Part shown: positions 18,555 through 28,473 of the stretch, in pieces
Layout: the number at the start of each line of letters is the position of its first letter
Numbering within the stretch: position 1 is the first letter of the stretch
Source: an uncultured delta proteobacterium
GTDB lineage: Bacteria > Myxococcota_A > Polyangia > Polyangiales > Houyiibacteriaceae
Direction: 5' to 3'
NCBI GenBank assembly: GCA_963786865.1
Contig: CAWBAV010000023.1
Span: forward strand, 26,531 to 90,530
Length of the DNA stretch: 64,000 bases
Translations under genes and position numbers: made by a program
The notes under the pieces: model-generated
Told to the model about the DNA's origin: nothing
Seen by the model: only the letters and a program-made list of their open reading frames with translations
Databases searched by the model: none

Positions 18555-20507
18555 TCATTCTGGTGCTTGGGCAGCCGTGGGGTAGCTCATCGTGACGAGT
18601 GCGACCAGATCGAGGTCGGCGGGTTCTTCCAAGAGGGTGTCCTTGGGCGGGTTCAACAGAACGCTGCCGTTCGAGTGGGTCCGGACTCCGAGTGCGGTTT
18701 GCCCGCATGCTGCCGCCGAGCGTTCTAGGTCCGCGAACGTGAGTCGACCCGAATCCGCGTAGCCTGTCACCGGTTGGAACGTGATTTCCGCTCCCCCGGC
18801 CGTGAACAACTCGTCGAACACCGATTGAAGCTCGGGGCGGAGCGCGACCTGCGTCAGCAGATGGCTCACCACCAAAGGGCTGACGATCAGCTCGCCGCGA
18901 GATCGGGTCACCAAGCTCGCGTTGTCGGGGTCGAGCAATTCCAAGATGACGGTAGCCTCCGCGTTCCGGTCACGTAGGCGTTCATCGACGATCAGCGATC
19001 CGAAGAGCGTGCGCGCGTCGGCCTCTTCGGCGGATTCCATCCAATCGCTGCCCATGAATACGATGCTGTCCGCCAGCTCGGGACCGAGCGCCTCGATGTC
19101 ATCTGGATCCGTAAAATCGACTTCTAGCTGTGTGATCGATAAGGACGATGCGTCGAAAGGGCGGTGGCTGAGCAACTGCTCGCGGCGGGCGATCGGCACT
19201 TTCGAGCCGATGCGAACCACGTAGTGCTCATCGCCGTAGGTTCCGAACTCCTCGAGCAGGGCGGGCACGCGGTGGTTCCACCCGAGCACGAGTATGTGCC
19301 TGACATCGCGACCCTCCTTACCAGAGCGTCTGTCCGAGGTCTCTCGTGGGTGCCGAGCGAGACTGGGTGAGTCCGACGGCTTCGAGTCCTCATAGGAATG
19401 AGCCAAGACGACGAGCTTGTCCCCTGCTTCCAATCGAGTGCCAGGCCCTGCGTTCAGTAAGGGCACAAAGGTGCCTCCCGACGGTCGAACCAAACCCATG
19501 AGCACCGCCTTCGGAAAGTACCGGTGAAGATCTTCGATCTCGAGCCCCCGCAACTCGTCCGCCTCACGGATGTAAATTTCGTTGCCTATGCGGTGCGTGA
19601 GGAGCTCGTCGTAGACCCTGGAGAGCCCTGGATGTCGAATGTTCTGCGCGAGCAAGCGACCGATGACTTCGTCGCTCGAGATGACTTCGAGGTCGCTGCG
19701 ATACGCCTTGCGCGCAAGGTGTACTTTCTTGGCTCCAAAAATCTCCGCGACGACTCGAGGTGGTCGCTCCTCTCCGGAGGACAAAGCATCGAGTGAGAGC
19801 AAGGCCTTGATCGTCTGAGTGTCGCTCTGCACGAAACCATCGCCGAAATCCGATCCGGGAATCAGAATCACGGCCGCATGGGCGGCATCGACGCGGGTGA
19901 GGTGCTCGGGTCGGAGGGCGGAGCCCGAGCGAATGGTCACTCGACGCTCATCCCACGCCGGCCCCACGGCATCACGAAGGTTCTGGACGAAGGCGGCGGT
20001 GACGGTCTCCGCCAACACGACGATGTGGAGACTGTGCCCACCTCGGCGGTCCAAGAACCGTCGCGCACGACCCTCGGAGAGCAAGAGCTCGCGAACGATG
20101 GCGTCGGTGCGATTGGTCCACCCTAGGATCAGAATGTGACCGTCGCGCACGACCGGGGTCAGGCCACTTTCGAGCTTTGCCATTCGCGCATCGAGCCATT
20201 GCGTCATGATCGCGACTAGGGCACCCAGGAAGACCACGTACCCGAGCACCGTGAGCACGGTCGACACCGCTATATTGACGAGACCGGTGTCGTCGCCGAG
20301 GTAGCCCGGGTCACTCAGGCGCAGGAATGACCACCAGACCGCGTCTGAGAATTCACCGAATCCCTTGCCCAAAGCGAGTACGACGACACCGCCTGCCAAC
20401 GAGATGAGGGCGATCAGCAGGGCCGCGAGTAAGACTCGGTGGAAGGCGCCGCGAACGAGCCAGCGCTCGATGGCGAAGCTTGCGCGATCGAAAGGGCGAA
20501 ATGGCAT
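18555..20507 (-). CDS. CASTOR/POLLUX-like 2-TM ion channel with tandem RCK-like domains
   Basis: Two TM helices flank a pore-like segment WWSFLRLSDPGYLGDD. Two RCK-like Rossmann starts follow (GHILILGWTNR and HILVLGWNHR). 650 aa. Confidence 0.75.
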   Translation of the reverse strand: MPFRPFDRASFAIERWLVRGAFHRVLLAALLIALISLAGGVVVLALGKGFGEFSDAVWWSFLRLSDPGYLGDDTGLVNIAVSTVLTVLGYVVFLGALVAIMTQWLDARMAKLESGLTPVVRDGHILILGWTNRTDAIVRELLLSEGRARRFLDRRGGHSLHIVVLAETVTAAFVQNLRDAVGPAWDERRVTIRSGSALRPEHLTRVDAAHAAVILIPGSDFGDGFVQSDTQTIKALLSLDALSSGEERPPRVVAEIFGAKKVHLARKAYRSDLEVISSDEVIGRLLAQNIRHPGLSRVYDELLTHRIGNEIYIREADELRGLEIEDLHRYFPKAVLMGLVRPSGGTFVPLLNAGPGTRLEAGDKLVVLAHSYEDSKPSDSPSLARHPRETSDRRSGKEGRDVRHILVLGWNHRVPALLEEFGTYGDEHYVVRIGSKVPIARREQLLSHRPFDASSLSITQLEVDFTDPDDIEALGPELADSIVFMGSDWMESAEEADARTLFGSLIVDERLRDRNAEATVILELLDPDNASLVTRSRGELIVSPLVVSHLLTQVALRPELQSVFDELFTAGGAEITFQPVTGYADSGRLTFADLERSAAACGQTALGVRTHSNGSVLLNPPKDTLLEEPADLDLVALVTMSYPTAAQAPE

Positions 20508-20608
20508 CGCACATTAATACCCTCGGAAACCCTCGACCGATAGAAAGTGCCAAGCCCTTCTGGAACGGTCCGGACAAGGCCTGTAAATGCGGTATCCTCC
20601 GCGGCGAC

Positions 20609-21751
20609 ATGATTGGAGCATTGCGAATCGGCTGCGCACCACTCGATCTCCGCTTGGCGGGCGTCGTGCTCGCGTTCCTTCTATCGAGTTGCACGAACGT
20701 CGGTGCCAAGGCGATCCGGAACACGCGCTTCAACTACAATTCTGCGATCGTCGACACGCGAAACGAACAGTTGCTCACCAACCTCGTTCGCCTGCGCTAT
20801 CGCGACACGCCTTATTTCATCGAAGTTTCGAGCATCGCCACCCAGTACGTTCTCGGCCTTGGTGGTTCGGGCAGCGTGGGTGGGATCGGCGACAATACGG
20901 TCGGTGGCGTCGGCGGTTCGGTTTCTTACGAGGAGCGGCCGACCATCACCTACGTCCCTTTGCAAGGTGAAACCTTCTCGCGCCGTTTGCTTGCGCCTAT
21001 CCCCATGGAGGTAATCGTGCTTCTCAGCAACTCCGGTTGGCGGTTCGATCGTCTCTTGCGCTGCTGCGTGCAACGCATCAACGACATCTGGAACGCTCCC
21101 ACAGCCGCTGGACCGACCCCCGATCTCACGCCGGACTTCGAGCGCTTCGTGGAGATGGCGGGCTTGCTCGAAGAGATGCGGCAATTTGACGCGCTCGAGG
21201 TTCGCTTCCGCCGCGTTGCCCCCGATGAAGAGGTGGAGACCCGGATGCTCCGCGGTCAGGGAGACCTCTTCGTGATGAGCCTTCGATTCAAGGACGTACC
21301 GGAGGTCGCCGAGCCCTCCAGGCGCCTCAAGGAGATGCTGGGCCTACGAGCGGATCTCGACGAGTTCTATTTGACGAGCAACCCGACGCATCATTCGCCA
21401 CTGGAGATCGGGATCCAACCCCGACCGCTCATCAGCGTGATGAACTACCTGTCTCAGAGCGTCGAACCGCCCCAACGGGACATCGACGCCGGCCGCGTGA
21501 CCGTGACCCGAAATCGTGACGGGTCCGAGTTTGACTGGCCTGTGCTGAGCAAAGATCTTTTCCGTATCGCCTCGAGCTCGAAACAACCCGACAACGCTTT
21601 CGTTCGCGTCCAATACCGCGACACCTGGTTTTACATCGATGACTCCGACCTCAGCTCGAAGTCCACCTTCAATCTGCTCGATCAGCTCTTTCAGCTTCAA
21701 TCCGGGAACACGGGCAACGTCGCGCCCATGCTCACGTTGCCGATAAATTGA
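20609..21751 (+). CDS. Hypothetical lipoprotein
   Basis: Signal MIGALRIGCAPLDLRLAGVVLAFLLSSC. 380 aa, with a Gly-rich segment GLGGSGSVGGIGDNTVGGVGGS. No family recognised. Confidence 0.6.
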   Translation: MIGALRIGCAPLDLRLAGVVLAFLLSSCTNVGAKAIRNTRFNYNSAIVDTRNEQLLTNLVRLRYRDTPYFIEVSSIATQYVLGLGGSGSVGGIGDNTVGGVGGSVSYEERPTITYVPLQGETFSRRLLAPIPMEVIVLLSNSGWRFDRLLRCCVQRINDIWNAPTAAGPTPDLTPDFERFVEMAGLLEEMRQFDALEVRFRRVAPDEEVETRMLRGQGDLFVMSLRFKDVPEVAEPSRRLKEMLGLRADLDEFYLTSNPTHHSPLEIGIQPRPLISVMNYLSQSVEPPQRDIDAGRVTVTRNRDGSEFDWPVLSKDLFRIASSSKQPDNAFVRVQYRDTWFYIDDSDLSSKSTFNLLDQLFQLQSGNTGNVAPMLTLPIN

Positions 21752-21896
21752 CCGCACCACTTGGCGCGGCGCGCGCCGGCCGGCAAGCTAGCGCCATCGA
21801 CTCGCGCTCCTGGCGCTGCCCGTTGCAGCGGGGGCAGAAGACCTCGGCGGCAGCGGCGCATATCCGCTCAAGACGCGCTACGCGAAGTTCGACGGG

Positions 21897-23044
21897 GTGA
21901 AGGAGAGGTACCGCCTTCGACCCGGGTTCGCGGCTCCAGCGTTCGTGCACCGCACGGTCGAATCGCTCCCATCGAGCTGGTTCAAGACCTTGGGCGGCGC
22001 ACCCCGGTGGAAGTGGGCCGCAGTGGCCTTCATGGGGCTAATGGCCCTGATCTTGTTCGTTCTGGGCTACAAGTTGGCGGGATCGTTCGACGACGAGACC
22101 GGCTCACCCTCCGTTTTGGCTGGCTGGGCCCACCCTCTACTGGCGGTCGCCACCATCGCCCTGATCGCCTTCGTGCGGCGTGTGGTCATCGACTGGATCC
22201 GTGTGATCGGACGCGAGCGCGAGCTCATCTTGGGAGCACTATCGGTCCTCGCACACCTCACCGTGATTTGGCTGCTCTTCCTGGTTGCGAGGCTGTTCGC
22301 CGACGCCGTGATTCGGATGCGCGAAATGGGAGCGCATGCCCTCGATGCACAGCTCGTGCGCCTGGTTTCCAAGCTGGTTGCGGTGCTGCTCACGCTCTAT
22401 GCGCTCACGAGCCTGGCAGAATCCCTCGGTGTGCCCGTGGCGCCGATGCTCGCAGGGCTCGGCGTCGGTGGCCTGGCGGTGGCTCTGGCCGTGCGGCCCA
22501 CGCTCGAGAACGTGGTAGGTGGCTTCGTCCTCTTCGCGGACGCGCCAGTTCGGGTCGGCGAATTCTGTCGCTTCGGCGACAAGCTCGGGACGGTCGAGGC
22601 CATCGGTCTGCGCTCGGTCCGCGTGCGCGGAATCGATCGCACCGTGATCACGATTCCAAATGCCGATTTCTCCCAGCTCGAGCTGGTGAATTTCTCGCGT
22701 CGGGATTCGATCCTCCTGCAGACCACGCTTCAACTCGTCTATGAAACCACGCCCGACCAGATGCGGATCGTGCTGACGCGATTGCGCGAGCTCTTGATCG
22801 AGCACCCGAGGGTTTCGCCTGAGCCGGCGCGCGTTCGATTCATCGGCTACGGCGAATCGTCACTCGACGTCGAGATCTTCGCGTACGTGATGACCCGGGA
22901 TTTCAACGAATTCTGGAGATCCAAGAGGACCTCAATCTGCACATCAAAGACATCGTCGAGGATTCGGGCAGCGGCTTCGCCTTCCCCTCGCGAACCCTCT
23001 ACGTCACGCAGCCGGAAGACCCCGAGCGATCGACCCCTAGATGA
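21897..23044 (+). pseudogene. MscS-family mechanosensitive channel, one -1 frame break near 22910
   Basis: TM helices plus the MscS core GVGGLAVALAVRPTLENVVGGFVLFADAPVRVGEFCRFGDKLGTVEAIGLRSVRVRGIDRTVITIPNADF. After DFNEF the conserved tail EIQEDLNLHIKDIVEDSGSGFAFPSRTLYV continues in another frame and ends at TGA 23042-23044. The 654 aa ORF otherwise runs on antisense to the porin gene. Confidence 0.75.
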
Positions 23045-24626
23045 AGAGGTGGATCTGGAGGACGAACCCGCTACCCCCACGACTCTCCACGTTGCCTTCG
23101 GTGTCGAAGATCGGCCGGTTGCGATACTCGAAGCTGACCTTGGCATGGTGTCCGTAGACGAACATGTTCATGCCGACGCCGAACTGGATCATCATGTCCT
23201 CGAGGGCGTCGAACTTCGACATCTGGCTCAAGACGTAGGGTTGAAACTGAAGCCGCTTGATCTGCCAGGGCATCAGCCAGCCCAACTGTCCGTAGCCGGT
23301 GTTTCCAGTTCCGATCATGGGGTAGGCGTTGCCGGGCCCATTCAACGAAGTTCCGGACCCCGGATCACCTGGATTCATGATGCCGACGTTTCGGATGCTG
23401 TTGGGCCCGAAGTCCATCCAGTAGTACACCCCGTACGCCGTGAGGGCGCCGCCGTTCTTCGCAAGCAGCGGCAGGTCTACGAAGAAGTCTGCCGACGCGA
23501 CCGAAAGGCTTGCCTCCATCAGCTGATCGGCGGCGTTCAGGTATGCGATCCCTTTCGGGTGCACGTAGAATCCCGTACCGAGATTCATGACGCGCTTCGT
23601 GCCGAGATAGGTGCCGGTGGTAAAGGGGAGGACGCCAGACTCGAGCTCCCAGAACTGGAGCTGAAAGTACCCGGCACAGGCCCAGGTGTTGGCATAAGGG
23701 TTGTGGTTGCCCATCTCCGTAGGCGCGCCCACGTTGGGTTCGAAGGGTCGCGTCACCGCCACGCGGTAGTCGAAGAGTCCGGCCTTGCCCTTGGCGTAGA
23801 TGCCCAGATGGCGAGCGAACTGATCCGTCTGCTCGATCGTAGGCCAGTTCACGATGGGTAGATCGAGGCTCATCGCAGTGATCGTGCTGGCGTTGGTCAT
23901 GCGGGAGATGCCGTTCCAATAGATCAGGCCGGCACCGATGTAGAGGTGCTCTCGTATCGCCGCGAACTCAGCCCAAAGGTCGTGGAAGAAGAAGGTCTCC
24001 TTGAAGCTCGATCGCTTGAACGTCTGGTTGTTGATGCCGAAGTGCATCATCAGCAAGACCCGCGGAAAGATCTCGCCGAACATCATCAGGCGAGCGCGGC
24101 GAATGCCGACGTCGCCGTACCAAGCGGGTTGGTTCCCCTCCGTTTCGTCCGGGGTGCTGGGGTCGTCCCCAATCGTCGTCCCGGGATTCAATTGCAGGGC
24201 GCGTGTCCAGACCTGCAACCACGCCGAGATCTGAAAGTATCGCGTGCCGTCCTTGTTCAAGGCCCAGTGCAGCCTCTTCGCCTCCCCGTCGGCAGACATG
24301 AACCCTGGGCCGACGGGTTGGAGCTCATCGGTCGAGTCATCGACCGGATCGAGGGGATCGTCCTGCTCCTCCGCCGTCGGTTCGCGCATGCCGCTGGGGA
24401 GCGTTTTCGTAGCGGCATTCAGCTTGGCCCGTGCTTGGTCGAGCTTGGCCTGGGCTTCATCCAGCTCTTGTTGTGCCTTCTTCAGCGCGTCCTGCGAGAC
24501 TTCCACCCGCTCTTCCGCACTTGTCGTGCTCGACACCAGTCCGGTGATTGCAATGCAGGCCAAGGTCGCGAGCCGGGCGCACCGGAGCGCTCGCGGCCCC
24601 TCGCCGTGTTCCCGTCCTTGCGTCAT
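23037..24626 (-). CDS. Outer-membrane porin (phosphate-selective porin O/P-like) with N-terminal coiled coil
   Basis: Signal ARLATLACIAITGLVSSTTSA, coiled coil ALKKAQQELDEAQAKLDQARAKLNAA, then alternating beta-strand-like sequence to the C-terminus. Start MTQGREH is preceded by AAGAGGAGAG. Confidence 0.7.
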   Translation of the reverse strand: MTQGREHGEGPRALRCARLATLACIAITGLVSSTTSAEERVEVSQDALKKAQQELDEAQAKLDQARAKLNAATKTLPSGMREPTAEEQDDPLDPVDDSTDELQPVGPGFMSADGEAKRLHWALNKDGTRYFQISAWLQVWTRALQLNPGTTIGDDPSTPDETEGNQPAWYGDVGIRRARLMMFGEIFPRVLLMMHFGINNQTFKRSSFKETFFFHDLWAEFAAIREHLYIGAGLIYWNGISRMTNASTITAMSLDLPIVNWPTIEQTDQFARHLGIYAKGKAGLFDYRVAVTRPFEPNVGAPTEMGNHNPYANTWACAGYFQLQFWELESGVLPFTTGTYLGTKRVMNLGTGFYVHPKGIAYLNAADQLMEASLSVASADFFVDLPLLAKNGGALTAYGVYYWMDFGPNSIRNVGIMNPGDPGSGTSLNGPGNAYPMIGTGNTGYGQLGWLMPWQIKRLQFQPYVLSQMSKFDALEDMMIQFGVGMNMFVYGHHAKVSFEYRNRPIFDTEGNVESRGGSGFVLQIHLFI

Positions 24627-24797
24627 CAGACTCTCCTCTTGGTGCGCGACCACTCTGGCCTCTGGGATTGCGGCGGCGACAATATCATCTCACCCCCTAT
24701 GAAGGCTTCGGCAAATCTCATCAACGGGCAGCTGGTGTATGGGCGCCGCATTGAATCTGCGTTCCGCGATGCTAGCGATGACTCCAAGGAGTTCATC

Positions 24798-25433
24798 ATG
24801 CATCACTGTTTGCTCGTGGTTCTGGTTATCGCTTCTTGCTCGGCCCTCCTCGGCTGCGGCAGCGTCACCGAAATCGGCGAGATCACGGTCAGCTACGACG
24901 AGGACGCCGATTTCTCGCAGTTCCAGACCTTCACGGTCTTGACGCGCGAGCTGGTGCCGGATGCACGTGAGCCAGAGGAGGAAGAGGAGCTCTTCAACGA
25001 GCTCGTCAACGACTTGATCATCGAGGCGATGACCTCCGAGCCGGTATGCATGACCTTCATTCCCCCCGAAGAGGTTACCGACGACAATGAACCGGACCTG
25101 TTTGCAGGAAATGGTCTCTCGCGGAGGACGGAAGAGGGCGTGACTTGGAAATGCGTCGGAGGATGGTGGTGGGGAAGGTGGGGCGCGTTTTGGGACCCCT
25201 GTGCCTGGCTGGTGGCGGTTCCCATCGAATTCGATGTGGGCAGCCTGCTCGTGCCCGTCGGACCCCGGCCTGAAGAGGGCGAAGATCCATCGCCGGTGTT
25301 CACGGGTCTCGGGGAGGCGGTCCTACGCAGTCAGTCCAACGTGGAGCGCAAGGTCCGCATCGCGATCCAAGCGATCTTCGAGCAGTGGCCAGAACGACGC
25401 GCCTGCGTCACCAATCGAGAACGGCAACCATGA
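24798..25433 (+). CDS. Lipoprotein, DUF4136-like
   Basis: AAGGAG ribosome-binding site and signal MHHCLLVVLVIASCSALLGC. The VSYDEDADFSQFQTFTV motif resembles DUF4136 (family call from memory). Confidence 0.6.
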   Translation: MHHCLLVVLVIASCSALLGCGSVTEIGEITVSYDEDADFSQFQTFTVLTRELVPDAREPEEEEELFNELVNDLIIEAMTSEPVCMTFIPPEEVTDDNEPDLFAGNGLSRRTEEGVTWKCVGGWWWGRWGAFWDPCAWLVAVPIEFDVGSLLVPVGPRPEEGEDPSPVFTGLGEAVLRSQSNVERKVRIAIQAIFEQWPERRACVTNRERQP

Positions 25434-26061
25434 TGCCCGTGGCCACGATGAGCGCGCCCGCAGCGCTGTCGCCATAGCGCTCTATCCATTGGCCCTTGAA
25501 CTGTCGGGCGCCCGAGTACGCAAGCGCGACGAGGACGACCATGGCACTCACCGTCGCAGCCTCATACGCGACTACAATCGCGATCTGGTCGACGGTCGAC
25601 AAGGGCGCCGCCGCGAACAGGATCGGGACGACTGCGATGCAGGGGTCGGCGCAGTAGATCAGAAACAAAGACCAGAACGACGCAGTCGATGGATCGTGCA
25701 CGTGATCGTAGTGATGATGATGATGGCCGTGAAGGCGATGGGCCATCGCGCTTCGCATGCCCCAAATCGCGTATACGACCCCAAATCCGATGAGGAGCAG
25801 GCCTGCCAAGGACACCATGCGTTCCCCGACGGATCGCAGAACTTGCTCGCCGAAGAGAAGGGCCAAGAGACCCAGAATCACGGAGACGGTCACGTGACCG
25901 AACCCACAGATGAACGCCACGCGCGCCGCGCGGCCCCGTGACCAGTTTCGCGCTCTCGCGACTGCGGCGATGGGCACCCAGTGATCCGGCGCCAAGGAAT
26001 GGAGCGAGCCTACGGTGATTGCCGCCAACGCGAGTGAAGTGAAGAGGCCGGTGTGACTCAT
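25408..26061 (-). CDS. NicO-family nickel/cobalt transporter (RcnA/NiCoT-like, about 6 TM, His-rich loop)
   Basis: HX4DH signature HSLAPDH, a following GFGHVTVSV (similar to GHSTVV), and the central His-rich loop HRLHGHHHHHYDHVHD. Confidence 0.6.
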   Translation of the reverse strand: MSHTGLFTSLALAAITVGSLHSLAPDHWVPIAAVARARNWSRGRAARVAFICGFGHVTVSVILGLLALLFGEQVLRSVGERMVSLAGLLLIGFGVVYAIWGMRSAMAHRLHGHHHHHYDHVHDPSTASFWSLFLIYCADPCIAVVPILFAAAPLSTVDQIAIVVAYEAATVSAMVVLVALAYSGARQFKGQWIERYGDSAAGALIVATGIMVAVLDW

Positions 26062-26073
26062 GGGAAATCGACC

Positions 26074-27297
26074 TCAGAAGTACCATTGAATCTGAAGATT
26101 CGGGCGATACTCGAAACGATAGGAGCGAACCGCACCGGGCCCGACGCCGCTTTGCGCGAGGGTGTCGTTCAAGAACGTCGCGTTCTTGCCCATGATGATG
26201 TCGACCCAGAACCAAACCGGGCCCATCCGAATCTGAAGGCCCGGCGTAATCAGCTGCGAGTCCGCAAATGCGTCCTCGTCCTTGAGCAGCCAGCTGTAGT
26301 TCAGGTAGGGAACGAGGGCTTTGAGAATCTTGCGGTTGAATTCGATCGTCTTCGAGAGATTGAAGTTGAAGAGAAAGGCCTTCGCCGCTAGATCACGAAA
26401 GGCGCCGAGCTGCGAGAGGCGAACCACCCGGTCGTCGACGGCCACTCCGTCGATCAGGGCCGGATTGTCCGGGCGGAACTCGTACCTCGTCACCTGAACG
26501 AGCGGCGCCCATCCGTCATAGTTCCCCGTGTACGTGGCTGCGACGGCCCAGCGATAACCGCGGCCATCGGTCGCAGCGTTGTTGAGGAGCCCTACCTGCC
26601 CACTGAGTCCCAGCTCCGTCAAGAGATCTGCGCGATGGTGGAGCTTGTAGATGCCGCGTCCCGCGAAACTCGAAAACTCGCGGTTCTGCTGCTCCCCTTC
26701 CGGGGTCAAATCCGCCGACCATCGAGAAGTCTCCTCGAGTAGGCCGAAATTGTCTCGGACGACGTAAGCCAGATCGACGCGATAGTTCTCGTTGTCTTTG
26801 ATGTACTTGAGGCCGTAGGCGTAGTCTTCGCCGAAGGTCGTGTACCATCCGAGCGAAAACCACCAAGACTCGCTCGAAAACGGCTCACGGCCCCAAGGCA
26901 CGTGGATCTGGCCAACTTGGATCGCGTTGTCCTTCCATGCGTACTGAAGCCAGGCTTGGCGAATCAGGATGAGAGAGCTGAAGAACCGCATTTCGGCGAG
27001 CGCGGAGAAGCCCTTCCACGAGGCCTCCAACGCGAGGTGTAGCTGGCTGAACTCGAAGTTTGCGTACTTGTCGACCGTCGTGGGTTGCCAGAGTTGCATG
27101 GAGTAGTTGAACCAGAGGGCGCCGTACAGATCAAACGTGGCTTCGGGAACCTTGACTGTGGGATCTGGATCTTCAGTCTCGATGTGAAGATTGTGGTAGT
27201 GGTCCTGTACCGGTTCGCCCTGGGCGGCGGCGCCTGCCGCTTGCATGATCGCCGCCAGAACGGCCAAGACGAAGATGTAGCTACGCTGTTGGTTCAT
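26074..27297 (-). CDS. Outer-membrane beta-barrel porin
   Basis: Signal MNQQRSYIFVLAVLAAIMQAAGAAAQ, aromatic-rich alternating pattern, and C-terminal ...NLQIQWYF. Confidence 0.65.
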   Translation of the reverse strand: MNQQRSYIFVLAVLAAIMQAAGAAAQGEPVQDHYHNLHIETEDPDPTVKVPEATFDLYGALWFNYSMQLWQPTTVDKYANFEFSQLHLALEASWKGFSALAEMRFFSSLILIRQAWLQYAWKDNAIQVGQIHVPWGREPFSSESWWFSLGWYTTFGEDYAYGLKYIKDNENYRVDLAYVVRDNFGLLEETSRWSADLTPEGEQQNREFSSFAGRGIYKLHHRADLLTELGLSGQVGLLNNAATDGRGYRWAVAATYTGNYDGWAPLVQVTRYEFRPDNPALIDGVAVDDRVVRLSQLGAFRDLAAKAFLFNFNLSKTIEFNRKILKALVPYLNYSWLLKDEDAFADSQLITPGLQIRMGPVWFWVDIIMGKNATFLNDTLAQSGVGPGAVRSYRFEYRPNLQIQWYF

Positions 27298-27329
27298 TGT
27301 GTTTCTCTTCGATGGCTGGCATCCGAGCC

Positions 27330-28250
27330 TCACATCAGTACTCCGCGAACAGGCTGCTCTGCTTCCGGCAGGTCCTGGTTGCCCAGCATCTGCCTCAAGT
27401 CCGTTTCGATTGTCACGCAGATCGCAGTCATGGGCGTGTCGTCTGGCGCGTTCTCGAAGGGCGTTTGTAGCTCGCGAGCGAGCTGTTCGATGACGACGAA
27501 GATCGCGGTGACGAGGACGACCACCGGGAGCTCGATCGCATCGTAGCGGTCGGAATCACCCAGGATCGCGAAGGTCATGAGCGGCGCCATCGCCCAGACC
27601 ATGAACCGCGTGAAGTGGGTGATCCCTGCGGGGAACACGGTGTTCTTGATGCGCTCACATCCACCTTGCGCCGCGTTGAGGGTGCTCAGAACACCGCTGA
27701 GCTGGGACCAGACGAGCCGGTTCTCGAGACCGGTCGAGAGGGCTTTTTCGATCGTCGCTGCCTGAGACACCAGAAGCTGCGTGGGCACGTTCTTGGCCCG
27801 GTCCACGATCGCCTCATCTGCCTCGGGCAGCAGCCTTTTCAGTTGTGCCTTCATCATCGCCCGGCCCTTTTCGCCGGTGCCATGGCGAAGAGCGATGCGC
27901 AAGATGTTCACGTACGCGATTTGCCGCATGACCAAGTCGCGGCAGGTCGAGCCTTGCGTCGCAAAGTGCGTCACGACCAGTCGGCCCCAAGACCGGCTCT
28001 CGTTGATCAGGGCGCCCCAAAGTTGCCGGGCTTCCCACCAGCGGCCGTAGGCCTGGTTGACCCGAAAGGCGATGAAAATCGAAATCGCAGAGAGGACATA
28101 CCCGATCTTGTTGTACAGGAGGGACCCGGCGCCCGGGCTCGTCCACCGGTACAGCCACAGAACCCCATACGCCAGCAGCGTGAGGGGAATGACGATTCGA
28201 ACCGTGGTGCGAAGAAGTCGAGCGAGCGAGTAGCGGCCTTCGAGAAGCAT
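27330..28250 (-). CDS. Bestrophin-family anion channel (YneE/UPF0187)
   Basis: 306 aa with FRVNQAYGRWWEARQLWGALINESR, which is typical of bacterial bestrophin homologues. Confidence 0.75.
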   Translation of the reverse strand: MLLEGRYSLARLLRTTVRIVIPLTLLAYGVLWLYRWTSPGAGSLLYNKIGYVLSAISIFIAFRVNQAYGRWWEARQLWGALINESRSWGRLVVTHFATQGSTCRDLVMRQIAYVNILRIALRHGTGEKGRAMMKAQLKRLLPEADEAIVDRAKNVPTQLLVSQAATIEKALSTGLENRLVWSQLSGVLSTLNAAQGGCERIKNTVFPAGITHFTRFMVWAMAPLMTFAILGDSDRYDAIELPVVVLVTAIFVVIEQLARELQTPFENAPDDTPMTAICVTIETDLRQMLGNQDLPEAEQPVRGVLM

Positions 28251-28473
28251 GCCGGCGCGACGCTATCACCGCGCAAGCGATCTGATCAATCCAAAGCGCT
28301 GCGTTCGCATGGGAGCCAAAGCGCCTCTCTGAGGCAGACTGTTCATGCGGGACCGATCGCGCCGAGCGCAAAGTCGCAACCTGCTTGCCCCCGCAGCATC
28401 TGTGAGAATCCGTTGGCGGGAGCAAACGCTTTGTGACGGTTGAGTTACGAGAAATTTCACTGCATTGGACTGA

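Noticed and set aside
23045-23861. C-terminal 270 residues of the 654-aa MscS ORF, and the 5' 750 nt of ORF 23946-25433.
   Set aside because: Both run antisense to the porin gene and lack coding features. The real MscS tail is in the -1 frame and stops at 23044. The real downstream gene starts at 24798 with its own ribosome-binding site and lipoprotein signal.
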